Shown here: positions 44,235 to 52,404 of the stretch, one piece after another
How the letters are laid out: each line of letters starts with the position of its first letter
Numbering within the stretch: the first letter of the stretch is position 1
NCBI GenBank assembly: GCA_902772965.1
Contig: CACYCT010000081.1
Span: 3,076-67,075 of the forward strand
From: an uncultured Bacteroidales bacterium
Lineage (GTDB): Bacteria; Bacteroidota; Bacteroidia; Bacteroidales; Muribaculaceae
Length of the DNA stretch: 64,000 nucleotides
Reading direction: 5' to 3'
Position numbers and translations under genes: made by a program
Notes under the pieces: generated by a model
Databases searched by the model: none
Told to the model about the DNA's origin: nothing
Seen by the model: the letters and a program-made list of their open reading frames with translations, nothing else

Positions 44235-46217
44235 TTATTCGTTGTCTTCGTCAAGTTCGGCGCATTGTTTCATCCACAGTGCGGCCGAGGCGTCGCTTGG
44301 CATGCGCCAGTCGCCGCGGGGCGAGAGTGAGACGCTACCCACTTTGGGACCGTCGGGCACGCAAGAGCGCTTGAACTGTTGCTGGAAGAAACGTTTGCAG
44401 AACACCGTCAACCAGTGTTTAATGGTTTTGCTGTCGTACGTGTTTCTGAAGGCGTTCCGGGCGAGGAAATGAATCTTCCGGGGGCTGAATCCGTAGCGGA
44501 GCATGTGGTAGAGGAAGAAGTCGTGCAGGATGTATGGCCCGATGATGTCCTCGGTTTTCTGCTTGATTTGTCCCTGGTTGTCGGCGGGAGTGAGTTCGGG
44601 GCTGATGGGCGTGTGTAGTACGTCAAGCAGGGTCTCGTGGATGGTGAGGTTGGTGGGGTTCTCGGGGTTGCAGTGAACCGCGAACCATTCGATCAGACTT
44701 TTGGCCAGTGTTTTGGGCACGCTGCAGTTGACGTTGTACATCGACATATGGTCGCCGTTATAGGTGCACCATCCGAGAGCCGATTCCGAGAGGTCGCCTG
44801 TCCCGAGGACAAGGCCGCCGGTTTTGTTGGCGTAGTCCATGAGGATTTGCGTTCTTTCGCGTGCTTGGGCGTTTTCGTAGGTAGTGTCTTGCGCGTCAAG
44901 CGGGTGGTCGATGTCGTTCAGGTGTTGCTCGACTGCCTTGGCGATGGAGATCTCGCGGGTAGTGATTCCGAGCACGTTCATCAGTTGGAGGGCGTTGTTG
45001 AGCGTTCGGCTTGTGGTTCCGAATCCGGGCATGGTGATTCCGATGATACCTTTCCGGTCGTAGCCGAGTCGGTCGAATGCCCGCACGGCAATCATAAGCG
45101 CGAGGGTGGAGTCGAGTCCGCCGCTGATACCCACCACCACGGTTCTTATTCCGGTTGCGTTGAGACGTCGCATCAATCCGGTGGTTTGAATGTTGACGAT
45201 TTCCTCGCAACGCTGTCCGAGGCGGTCTTCGTTGTCGGGCACGAAGGGGAGCGGCCTGATGTTCCGCAGGAGTGTGTCGGGCGAGAGTTGCAATGGAGAG
45301 ACTGTGAGTTCGATCAAGTTGAATTTACCGGGATTGGCGGCGGAGCAGTCGGAGAAAGAGGAGTTTAGCCGTCGCTCGTTGTTGAGTGCGTCGACATCGA
45401 TGTCGGCGATGAGCAGTTGCGGTTCTGTGGAAAAACGCTCGGCTTGCGCCAGAATGTTGCCGTTCTCAGCGATCATCGCGGTTCCTGAGAAGACAAGGTC
45501 GGTGGTGGACTCTCCCCATCCTGAGGAGGCGTAGACGTAAGCGGCGATGCAGTGGTTGCTTTGGTGCCGGATGAGTTGTGTGAGATAGTCGTGTTTTCCC
45601 ACGAGTTCGTTGCTTGCCGAGAGGTTGAGCAGCACGTTTGCGCCGTTGAGCGCGGCGCGGGTGCTTGGCGGCAGCGGCACCCAGAGGTCTTCACAAACCT
45701 CAACGCCGATAATTGCTTTATTAACCTTGAAGAGCACGTTGCGTCCGAAGGGGATTTCGTGTTTTCCCGCTTTGATGGTGCCTTCGGCGAGCGGATGGCG
45801 TCCGGAGGTGAACCAGCGTTTCTCGTAAAATTCCTTGTAGTTGGGCAGGTAGGTTTTCGGGACAACGTATCGGTCACATCCACATATGATTACGGCACAG
45901 TTGAACAGCATGTCCCCTTTCCGGAGCGGTGCTCCGACGGCAATCATCATCTGGCGTGGAATGGTGAGTTCGCAGATGATTTCAATGGCGTGTTCCACTT
46001 TGTCGAGCAGCAGGTCGTTGCCCAACAGGTCGGCGCATGTGTATCCGGTGAGTGCGAGTTCGGGGAAGACAAGCACTTGAACGGCGGCTTCCGCCGCACG
46101 GTTTATTTCTTGGATGATGGCATGGGTGTTGAATTCCACGTCACCAACACTCAGTTGGGGCACGGCGGCTGCCACGCGGAGCATACCGTAGTCTTTGTGG
46201 TGATTATCTGATGTCAT
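44235..46217 (-). CDS. nadE: Glutamine-dependent NAD+ synthetase
   Basis: N-terminal CN-hydrolase domain (FPELALTGY...CEDLW) plus a C-terminal PP-loop domain (GISGGLDSTLAL). Start set at 46217 because the upstream ATG at 46250 lies inside the predicted -7 box. Confidence 0.92.
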   Translation of the reverse strand: MTSDNHHKDYGMLRVAAAVPQLSVGDVEFNTHAIIQEINRAAEAAVQVLVFPELALTGYTCADLLGNDLLLDKVEHAIEIICELTIPRQMMIAVGAPLRKGDMLFNCAVIICGCDRYVVPKTYLPNYKEFYEKRWFTSGRHPLAEGTIKAGKHEIPFGRNVLFKVNKAIIGVEVCEDLWVPLPPSTRAALNGANVLLNLSASNELVGKHDYLTQLIRHQSNHCIAAYVYASSGWGESTTDLVFSGTAMIAENGNILAQAERFSTEPQLLIADIDVDALNNERRLNSSFSDCSAANPGKFNLIELTVSPLQLSPDTLLRNIRPLPFVPDNEDRLGQRCEEIVNIQTTGLMRRLNATGIRTVVVGISGGLDSTLALMIAVRAFDRLGYDRKGIIGITMPGFGTTSRTLNNALQLMNVLGITTREISIAKAVEQHLNDIDHPLDAQDTTYENAQARERTQILMDYANKTGGLVLGTGDLSESALGWCTYNGDHMSMYNVNCSVPKTLAKSLIEWFAVHCNPENPTNLTIHETLLDVLHTPISPELTPADNQGQIKQKTEDIIGPYILHDFFLYHMLRYGFSPRKIHFLARNAFRNTYDSKTIKHWLTVFCKRFFQQQFKRSCVPDGPKVGSVSLSPRGDWRMPSDASAALWMKQCAELDEDNE

Positions 46218-46247
46218 GGTGTAGTGTTCGGTTTTTGAAATAACCTG

Positions 46248-46255
46248 CAAAGGTA
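46248..46255 (-). promoter_or_regulatory. -7 box TACCTTTG upstream of nadE
   Basis: Matches TAnnTTTG on the minus strand, 31 nt upstream of the ATG at 46217. No -33 box seen. Confidence 0.4.
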
Positions 46256-46280
46256 CATTTTTTTGTTGAACTTCGGGTTA

Positions 46281-47546
46281 TCAGTTTCGTTTTTCAAGTG
46301 CGTCGAGTTTGGCGCCGAGACCGAGTTTGTAGTAGATATTTCTCAGGGCGTTCCGCACGTCGTCGTTGGTCGGGTCGAGTTGCAGTGATTGCTCGAGGTG
46401 CGGCATGGCTTGCCGGTAGAGCGGGTCGACGCGTTTCGAGAGCGCGCGTCCCCGAAGGTTGGGATTCTGTTCGATCACGTTCGCGGCCTGGTTGTAGTAG
46501 TATCGCCCGACGTTGTAAAGCCCTTGGGGGTTGTTCGGGTTGAGTTCGATGCAGCGTTTGAAGTGGGGCAGGGCGTCGTCGAGGCCGGACTGCTGCTCAA
46601 CGACAAGCCCTTTGAGGTTATGGAGTTCGTCGTCGTTGTCGCTTTGTTGCAAAGCCTTGTCGAGCAGTATATTGGCATCGTTGAAGTTTTTGTTGTCGAT
46701 ATAGTTGTTGATCAGTATGCGGATGTATTGCGGGTCGGCAGTTCCGAATCTGTTGTATGCTTCTTTTGCAATGGCTACGATACCGGCCTCGTCTTTAAGG
46801 CTTGATAGACAGATGAGTGCGTAGTCGTAGGCTTCTTTGTGATGGTAGCCCATTGTTCTCGCCTGTTGGAATCTTTCGGCCGCGAGGCGGTTGTTTCCGG
46901 CTTGCCATGAAGCGATTCCCTGATAGTAGCGCGCTTTAGCGAGCATGGAGTCGGGCACGAGCGTGTGCTTGTGCTTTTTAGCCACCGGAGCGAGTTGGCA
47001 GAAGATGTCCCACGCCCGGGTCGCCCCGTCCCAGTTTTTGACGTTGTACAGTTGGCTTCCCGACTGGTTGTAGTCGTTCAGGTGCGCGGCCATGCGGGAG
47101 ATGATGTCGTCGGAGTATTTGGTTTTGAATTTGGGTTTGCCTGTTTTCCGGTCGATTTTGGCGATTCCGTCTTTGTCGCGCTCGATGATGGTGTCGATCC
47201 GGAGCGCGTGGCGGAAGTAGTCGTATCCGGCGATGAGGGCGTTTCCCAGGGCTGTGGGGTCAACTTTCTGTCCTGTCGAGCGCGCCGAGATCAGTTTGTC
47301 GTAGATGGCGTATTGGATTTTTCCGGCGACGTACCACGTTTCGGCATTGTCTTTTGTCTCGTCGTTTGTCAGTGCGGGTTTGAGTTTATTGGCCTCGTTT
47401 TGCAGGTTTTTTGCCGAGAGGGTGAGTGCGCCGATATTCTTCTTCACCTCTGCCACAAGGCGTTGCTGTGCCGCGCCGATGTTGGCGGCGGCGAGGCAGA
47501 GCGCGAGGCAGAGTGCTTTTACGGTGATGTGTGGGGCGTGGTTCAT
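46281..47546 (-). CDS. Secreted tetratricopeptide-repeat (TPR) protein
   Basis: Signal peptide. Repeated TPR-like helical hairpins (e.g. ALPHFKRCIELNPNNPQGLYNVGRYYYNQA, YRQAMPHLEQSLQLDPTNDDVRNAL). The start overlaps the upstream gene stop (ATGA). Confidence 0.75.
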   Translation of the reverse strand: MNHAPHITVKALCLALCLAAANIGAAQQRLVAEVKKNIGALTLSAKNLQNEANKLKPALTNDETKDNAETWYVAGKIQYAIYDKLISARSTGQKVDPTALGNALIAGYDYFRHALRIDTIIERDKDGIAKIDRKTGKPKFKTKYSDDIISRMAAHLNDYNQSGSQLYNVKNWDGATRAWDIFCQLAPVAKKHKHTLVPDSMLAKARYYQGIASWQAGNNRLAAERFQQARTMGYHHKEAYDYALICLSSLKDEAGIVAIAKEAYNRFGTADPQYIRILINNYIDNKNFNDANILLDKALQQSDNDDELHNLKGLVVEQQSGLDDALPHFKRCIELNPNNPQGLYNVGRYYYNQAANVIEQNPNLRGRALSKRVDPLYRQAMPHLEQSLQLDPTNDDVRNALRNIYYKLGLGAKLDALEKRN

Positions 47547-48181
47547 AGATAGGGATTTTCTCGCGCTTCGGCCGCGATGGTTGTTGCCGGTCCGTGTCCG
47601 CTGTGAACGACGGTGTCGGCTGGTAGTGTGAGCAGTTCGTCGGTGATGGCGTGAATCAGTGTGGCGTAGTCGCCTCCGGGCAGGTCGGTTCGTCCGATGG
47701 AGCCGCTGAATAGGGTGTCGCCCGTGATGACAAAGCCGCTTTGCGGGGCGTACAGCGCGATGGAGCCCGGCGAATGACCGGGCACGGAGATCACTTGCAG
47801 CGGTTCTCCGCCAACGGTGAGGGTGTCGCCGTGGTTAAGCGCTTTTCCGAGGGTGAACGGCTCGGGTTGGATATTGAGGCGGAAGCGTTGGATTTGTAAC
47901 GGCAGGGTGTCGATCAGGAATTGGTCGTCGGGGTTTCCTTCAACGGGCAGACCGTATCGCTCGGCGGTGGCTTTCGCGGAGGCGATGTGGTCGATGTGTC
48001 CGTGGGTGAGCACGATATGGGTCACTGTGAGGCTGTGCCGGTCGACAAACTCGAATACTCTGTCGCGTTCTTCCGTACTCATCATACCCGGGTCAACGAT
48101 GATGGCCTCTCCGCCATCGGTGTTCCATAAGAGGAAGATATTGGTTCCGAACAGTCGGGTTTCGAAGTTGGTAATTCTCAT
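47543..48181 (-). CDS. MBL-fold metallo-hydrolase (glyoxalase II-like)
   Basis: The motif THGHIDH, later HSPGS, and a C-terminal HGP. The start at 48181 overlaps the rsmG stop (ATGA). Confidence 0.85.
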   Translation of the reverse strand: MRITNFETRLFGTNIFLLWNTDGGEAIIVDPGMMSTEERDRVFEFVDRHSLTVTHIVLTHGHIDHIASAKATAERYGLPVEGNPDDQFLIDTLPLQIQRFRLNIQPEPFTLGKALNHGDTLTVGGEPLQVISVPGHSPGSIALYAPQSGFVITGDTLFSGSIGRTDLPGGDYATLIHAITDELLTLPADTVVHSGHGPATTIAAEARENPYL

Positions 48182-48798
48182 AGAGCTGTATAGACGATTT
48201 TCTTGGTTTCGAAATAGGGTAGGGGGGAGTATTGGCTGAGGGGTTCCACGAGGCACTCCCGGTGTGTGGCCGCGATTTCGGCGTCGAGGTTTCCGCCTTT
48301 GAGGCAGATTAGGCCGTTGGGCAGGGCGTTTTGCTGCTGCTTGTCGATTAGACGCTTGATTAGCGGAATGGTTTCGTCTAATGGCATCACGGCTCGGCTG
48401 ACAACAAAGTGGAACGTGCCCTTGACTTCGGCCACATCACCGTGCTGGATGGTGACGTTGGTGAGGCCGGTTTGTGTGGCGATGTCATTTGCCACACGCA
48501 GTTTTTTCCCTATTCGGTCTACGAGGTGGAAGTTCACATTGGGGAACATCACCGCCAGCGGCAACGCGGGGAATCCGCCGCCGGTTCCGAGGTCGAGCAC
48601 ACGGGTGCCCGGTGTGAATTGTATGAATTTGGCGATGAGCAGCGAGTGGAGAATGTGGTGAATTTCCAGGTTGTCGATGTCCTGTCGCGAGATGACGTTG
48701 ATTACCGCGTTCCACTTCGGGTAGAGGTTGAGCATGGTCTGGAATTGCTCAATCTGTTGCTGGGAAAGTCGGGGGAAGGCTTGTTGGATTTGTTGCAT
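48178..48798 (-). CDS. rsmG: 16S rRNA (guanine527-N7)-methyltransferase RsmG
   Basis: 206 aa with the SAM motif VLDLGTGGGFPALPLAVMFP and family-typical flanks. Confidence 0.9.
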   Translation of the reverse strand: MQQIQQAFPRLSQQQIEQFQTMLNLYPKWNAVINVISRQDIDNLEIHHILHSLLIAKFIQFTPGTRVLDLGTGGGFPALPLAVMFPNVNFHLVDRIGKKLRVANDIATQTGLTNVTIQHGDVAEVKGTFHFVVSRAVMPLDETIPLIKRLIDKQQQNALPNGLICLKGGNLDAEIAATHRECLVEPLSQYSPLPYFETKKIVYTAL

Positions 48799-48808
48799 AT
48801 CGCGGAGG

Positions 48809-49654
48809 TTATTGCAGTTGTTTGATGATGGGGGTCAGCCCGTCAAGTCGGGCGAGTTGTTCGAAGGTGAGGCTGATGGTTGGTTCCCCAACGGCATCGA
48901 TGGCAAGTTCGCCGGGGAGGAAACTCCATGTGATGCCTTCCGGAGTGGGGTAGAAGTTGGCGGTAGGGATGAGGTTGTCCACGTTGAAGTATCCGAGCGT
49001 GTTGAGTTGCGTGTCGGAGGTGGCGTTGTTCTGCTTGAGCAGTTGGGTGCGGAGCAGTTGGGTGAGTTCGCCGATGTGCTCGTCAGCGATGAGTTCGTGT
49101 GCGGTCAGTCGTTCGAGTGTGTTCAGGTCGAAGTTGTAATACCGGTGGGCCACCCAAGTGGTGATGTCGTTTTTCCTGATGGTGTCGACCCGGCAGAAAG
49201 TGGCCACCCCGTTGGTGTTGTACATGAGTGTGACGGCGGTTGAGGTGACGTATCGCAGCACGGGGTCGGAGTTGTCTTCCTCCTCTTCGATGACTTCGCT
49301 TGGTTCGGCGATATTGTCGAACTGGTGCATCGAGTTCGCCACGCATGCTTTAAGCGCGTCGTTGAAGTCGATTGAATCGGGAGCGTGAAGGATATGCTTT
49401 GCGTAAAGTGCGAGCAGATGTTTTAGTTTTGCTGTGTCGGCAGTGTTTTCAGGCACTTCGAAGCGTGCTGAGGAGGTGATCAGGCACGATTGTCCGTCAC
49501 GTTTGGTGAAAGATGTGGTGTCGGCCAGGGTGACTGTTTTCACGGTCAGACTATCGGCTGATTTTCCGGTGTTTTGGCTTGATTTGTCACAGCCCATCAT
49601 CGTGACGCAGAGTGCGATGATGAGCAAGGGGAGTATGTATCTCATGGTTTTCAT
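48809..49654 (-). CDS. Lipoprotein of unknown function (possibly DUF3298/DUF4163-like)
   Basis: Lipobox MKTMRYILPLLIIALCVTMMGC. The start was moved downstream of the predicted -7 box. The C-terminal part (GITWSFLPGELAIDAVGEPTISL) vaguely recalls DUF3298. Confidence 0.65.
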   Translation of the reverse strand: MKTMRYILPLLIIALCVTMMGCDKSSQNTGKSADSLTVKTVTLADTTSFTKRDGQSCLITSSARFEVPENTADTAKLKHLLALYAKHILHAPDSIDFNDALKACVANSMHQFDNIAEPSEVIEEEEDNSDPVLRYVTSTAVTLMYNTNGVATFCRVDTIRKNDITTWVAHRYYNFDLNTLERLTAHELIADEHIGELTQLLRTQLLKQNNATSDTQLNTLGYFNVDNLIPTANFYPTPEGITWSFLPGELAIDAVGEPTISLTFEQLARLDGLTPIIKQLQ

Positions 49655-49713
49655 TGTTGGGCAAGGCCAGCTGTTTAAAGCCCTTGCCACTTGGCAAGCG
49701 CGTATTGGCATTG

Positions 49714-49721
49714 CAAAGTTA
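49714..49721 (-). promoter_or_regulatory. -7 box TAACTTTG upstream of the lipoprotein-rsmG gene string
   Basis: Matches TAnnTTTG on the minus strand, 60 nt upstream of the ATG at 49654. Confidence 0.4.
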
Positions 49722-49801
49722 CACAATTTATTTGGAATGGCGAAGGCGGGGTAAACAAAATAGTTTTTCCCGCGTTTGCCGCCCATTCTTTTTTTTTTCG
49801 C

Positions 49802-49809
49802 TAATTTTG
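49802..49809 (+). promoter_or_regulatory. -7 box TAATTTTG upstream of the TonB-dependent receptor gene
   Basis: Matches TAnnTTTG, 23 nt upstream of the ATG at 49832. A TTTG lies 23 nt upstream of the box. Confidence 0.45.
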
Positions 49810-49831
49810 CACTCGATTAACATGCGCTCTG

Positions 49832-52027
49832 ATGTTTACTTTCCGAACATATACCCTGAGTACCCTTGTTGTAGCCTCATTGACGGCTTTGGGACAAAAC
49901 GTGCCGCCCGACACAACCGCCATGCAAACCACGCTCTCGGAAGTGGTGGTCGAAGGTGCCTCGCGCGGGCTTAGCGTGAGTTCTGTCGCGCTCGAGAAAC
50001 GTGAAATCATCAACTCCATCGGGCTGCGCAAAATGGCCTGTTGCACGCTTGCCGAGTCGTTTGAGAACTCGGCCGGCGTGAGCGTGGACTATTCCGATGC
50101 CATCAGTGGGGCGCGGCAAATCAAACTGCTCGGCCTCGCGGGGGCCTACACGCAATTCCTCGACGAGAGCAGGCCGTTTATGGGCGGGTTGGTTTCGCCT
50201 TACGCGCTGGATTTCACGCCGGGCGACTGGCTGCGCTCGATTCAGGTGTCGAAGGGAGTCGGCAGCGTCACGGCCGGACATGAGGCCATCGCAGGACAAA
50301 TCAACCTCGACTTCCGGAAACCTACCGACGACGAACGGCTTCATGTGAATTTCTATCTCGACGACATGCTCCGCCCCGAGGTGAATCTGAGTTCAGCCAT
50401 CTCCCTGAACAAAGACAGAACCCTGTCGACCATTGTGATGGCCCACGGATCTATCGACACCGACTGGCGCGAGATGAAAGCGATGGACCGTGACGGCGAC
50501 AATTTCCGCGACCTTCCCTCGCGGAGGCAAATCAGCGTCGCCAACCGATGGGCATGGATTACTCCAAGTGGAATCCAACTCCGGTGGGGAGCCAAGTTCA
50601 CCACCGAGCGCCGAAATGGCGGACAAATCCATGACAGTTACAAACGCGGCGACTGGCGCGATTTCTTTCAGAATCTTATCGCACGAGAGTATTTTCAGGA
50701 AACCGACCTGTATCGTTACCGTTCGCGCATCCGCAACCGTGATGTCGGAGCCTACGTGAAACTTGCCGTGCCGCTGAACCACGTTGTAGCCGATTCCTCC
50801 GGAAACGACTTGCAGGACAACATCGCCCTTATCGCCGACTGGAACAACTTCAACACCCGCTCCTCTTTCGGTCTGAATCAGTACAACGCACGGGAAAACA
50901 CCTTCTCCCTCGCCATCCGGATGGACCACTATTTCTCCCGAGCCCATTCGCTCGCCGTCGGATTGCAGGGCAAACTGAGCGCGCAGCGCGGCAGAACAAC
51001 CAAAGCAGGCATCTTTGAGCGATTGACTTATGCCGGCGGTATCGGTTATTCCTTCTGGTATCAGCAACTGACCGACTCCATCAACGAGCGCGAGGCCGGC
51101 CTATACGCCGAGTGGACCTTCAAGCGCGAAGACCGGTTCACCCTTGTCGCCGGCCTGAGGGCGGATTACAACGATATGGTTAAGAAGGTGTACCTCACTC
51201 CGCGCATGCATCTGAAATGGAACATCACCCCGAAAACCATTCTCCGCGCCAGTGCCGGAACAGGCTACCGAACGCCCCGCGTTTTAATTGAGCACCTCGG
51301 CGTTTTCGCCAACGGATACCCATTCTATGAATTCATTCCAACCGGCCCGATAGACAGCCGGGTACGTCTTGAGCACGCCCTGACCGCAGGCGGAAGCCTG
51401 ACGCAGCGCTTCAAACTCGGCTCAGACCGCAACGCCTCCATCAGTCTGGATTATTTCCACACCCATTTCTTCCGCTCCATCTTTATCCTACAAGAGCCAT
51501 ACGGATATACAAATAACATTTTCAGTGAGCGCGACGCCGTGTTTTCCAACACGTGGCAACTCGACTTCAACTGGACACCCTTCACACGCTTCGAAATCTT
51601 CGCCACCGCGCGCTACACACAGTCGAAGTTACGCATACCATTACTTGACGGTGGCAGTTACACCATCTCGCGACCGCTCACAAGCCGGTTCAAGGGCGTG
51701 CTCAACCTGAGTTACGCCACCCGATTCCGGGTGTGGGTGTTCGACTTCACCGCGCAACTCAACGGCCCCGCGCGCGTGTCCGGGCAAGGCAAAAACGGAT
51801 TGGGCAGTTACAACTCGCCCACCTATGCCCAACTCTTCGCCCAAGTGACCCGCAAAATAAATAAGGCTGAGGTCTACCTCGGATGTGAGAACATCACCGA
51901 CTATCGGCAAAAGCACGCCATCATCGGCGCTGACGCTCCATTCCATGACACGTTTAACGCCACCAACGTTTGGGGACCGCTGATGGGACGCAAGTTCTAT
52001 ATCGGGGTCCGGTGGAATCTTTATTAA
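49832..52027 (+). CDS. TonB-dependent outer-membrane receptor
   Basis: Signal peptide. Plug-like N-terminus (...VVVEG...INSIGLRKMACCTLAESFENSAGVSVDY...). A long beta-barrel ending in the aromatic terminal motif ...FYIGVRWNLY. Confidence 0.85.
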   Translation: MFTFRTYTLSTLVVASLTALGQNVPPDTTAMQTTLSEVVVEGASRGLSVSSVALEKREIINSIGLRKMACCTLAESFENSAGVSVDYSDAISGARQIKLLGLAGAYTQFLDESRPFMGGLVSPYALDFTPGDWLRSIQVSKGVGSVTAGHEAIAGQINLDFRKPTDDERLHVNFYLDDMLRPEVNLSSAISLNKDRTLSTIVMAHGSIDTDWREMKAMDRDGDNFRDLPSRRQISVANRWAWITPSGIQLRWGAKFTTERRNGGQIHDSYKRGDWRDFFQNLIAREYFQETDLYRYRSRIRNRDVGAYVKLAVPLNHVVADSSGNDLQDNIALIADWNNFNTRSSFGLNQYNARENTFSLAIRMDHYFSRAHSLAVGLQGKLSAQRGRTTKAGIFERLTYAGGIGYSFWYQQLTDSINEREAGLYAEWTFKREDRFTLVAGLRADYNDMVKKVYLTPRMHLKWNITPKTILRASAGTGYRTPRVLIEHLGVFANGYPFYEFIPTGPIDSRVRLEHALTAGGSLTQRFKLGSDRNASISLDYFHTHFFRSIFILQEPYGYTNNIFSERDAVFSNTWQLDFNWTPFTRFEIFATARYTQSKLRIPLLDGGSYTISRPLTSRFKGVLNLSYATRFRVWVFDFTAQLNGPARVSGQGKNGLGSYNSPTYAQLFAQVTRKINKAEVYLGCENITDYRQKHAIIGADAPFHDTFNATNVWGPLMGRKFYIGVRWNLY

Positions 52028-52043
52028 TATAACAAAATCAAAT

Positions 52044-52391
52044 ATGAAATCAATCGCATTCATTCTGTTGACACTCACGCTGATATGTCTCAACCCCGCC
52101 TGGGCGGGCGACAAAAAGAGCGAACCTGTCCATACTACAGTCTTTCAAACCGATATCCGCTGCGAGAACTGTTCGATTAAGATAATGAACAACGTGCCCG
52201 CGCTCGGAAAGGGTATCAAAGATGTCGTGGTCAACCTCGACAACAAGACCGTTGCCGTGACCTATGACAACCGTAAAACCGATGACCAGAAGATCATCAA
52301 AGGTTTCAAGTCGATTCGGGTCAACGCCGAGGTCATGACGCCCGAGTGTGATGTTGACTCCGTTTCCTGTCGCAGTTCCAAAGACGAGTAA
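52044..52391 (+). CDS. Secreted heavy-metal-associated (HMA) domain protein
   Basis: Signal peptide, then a ferredoxin-like HMA pattern with the CxxC motif (DIRCENCSIKIMNNV...GIKDVVVNLDNKTVAVTYD). Starts 17 nt after the receptor gene. Confidence 0.8.
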   Translation: MKSIAFILLTLTLICLNPAWAGDKKSEPVHTTVFQTDIRCENCSIKIMNNVPALGKGIKDVVVNLDNKTVAVTYDNRKTDDQKIIKGFKSIRVNAEVMTPECDVDSVSCRSSKDE

Positions 52392-52404
52392 CTGAAGCGG
52401 CCGT

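Noticed and set aside
46218-46250. The upstream ATG (46250) given by the ORF track as the nadE start. Similar upstream extensions exist for tsaD, the S8 peptidase, aguA, the 5-FTHF cyclo-ligase, the MBL hydrolase, the lipoprotein, HU, nspC and the dCMP deaminase.
   Set aside because: The extensions are non-homologous, often R/P/H-rich, and in several cases overlap the predicted -7 box or the preceding gene. Internal ATGs give canonical N-termini or signal peptides and, for the MBL hydrolase and the 5-FTHF cyclo-ligase, ATGA stop/start overlaps.
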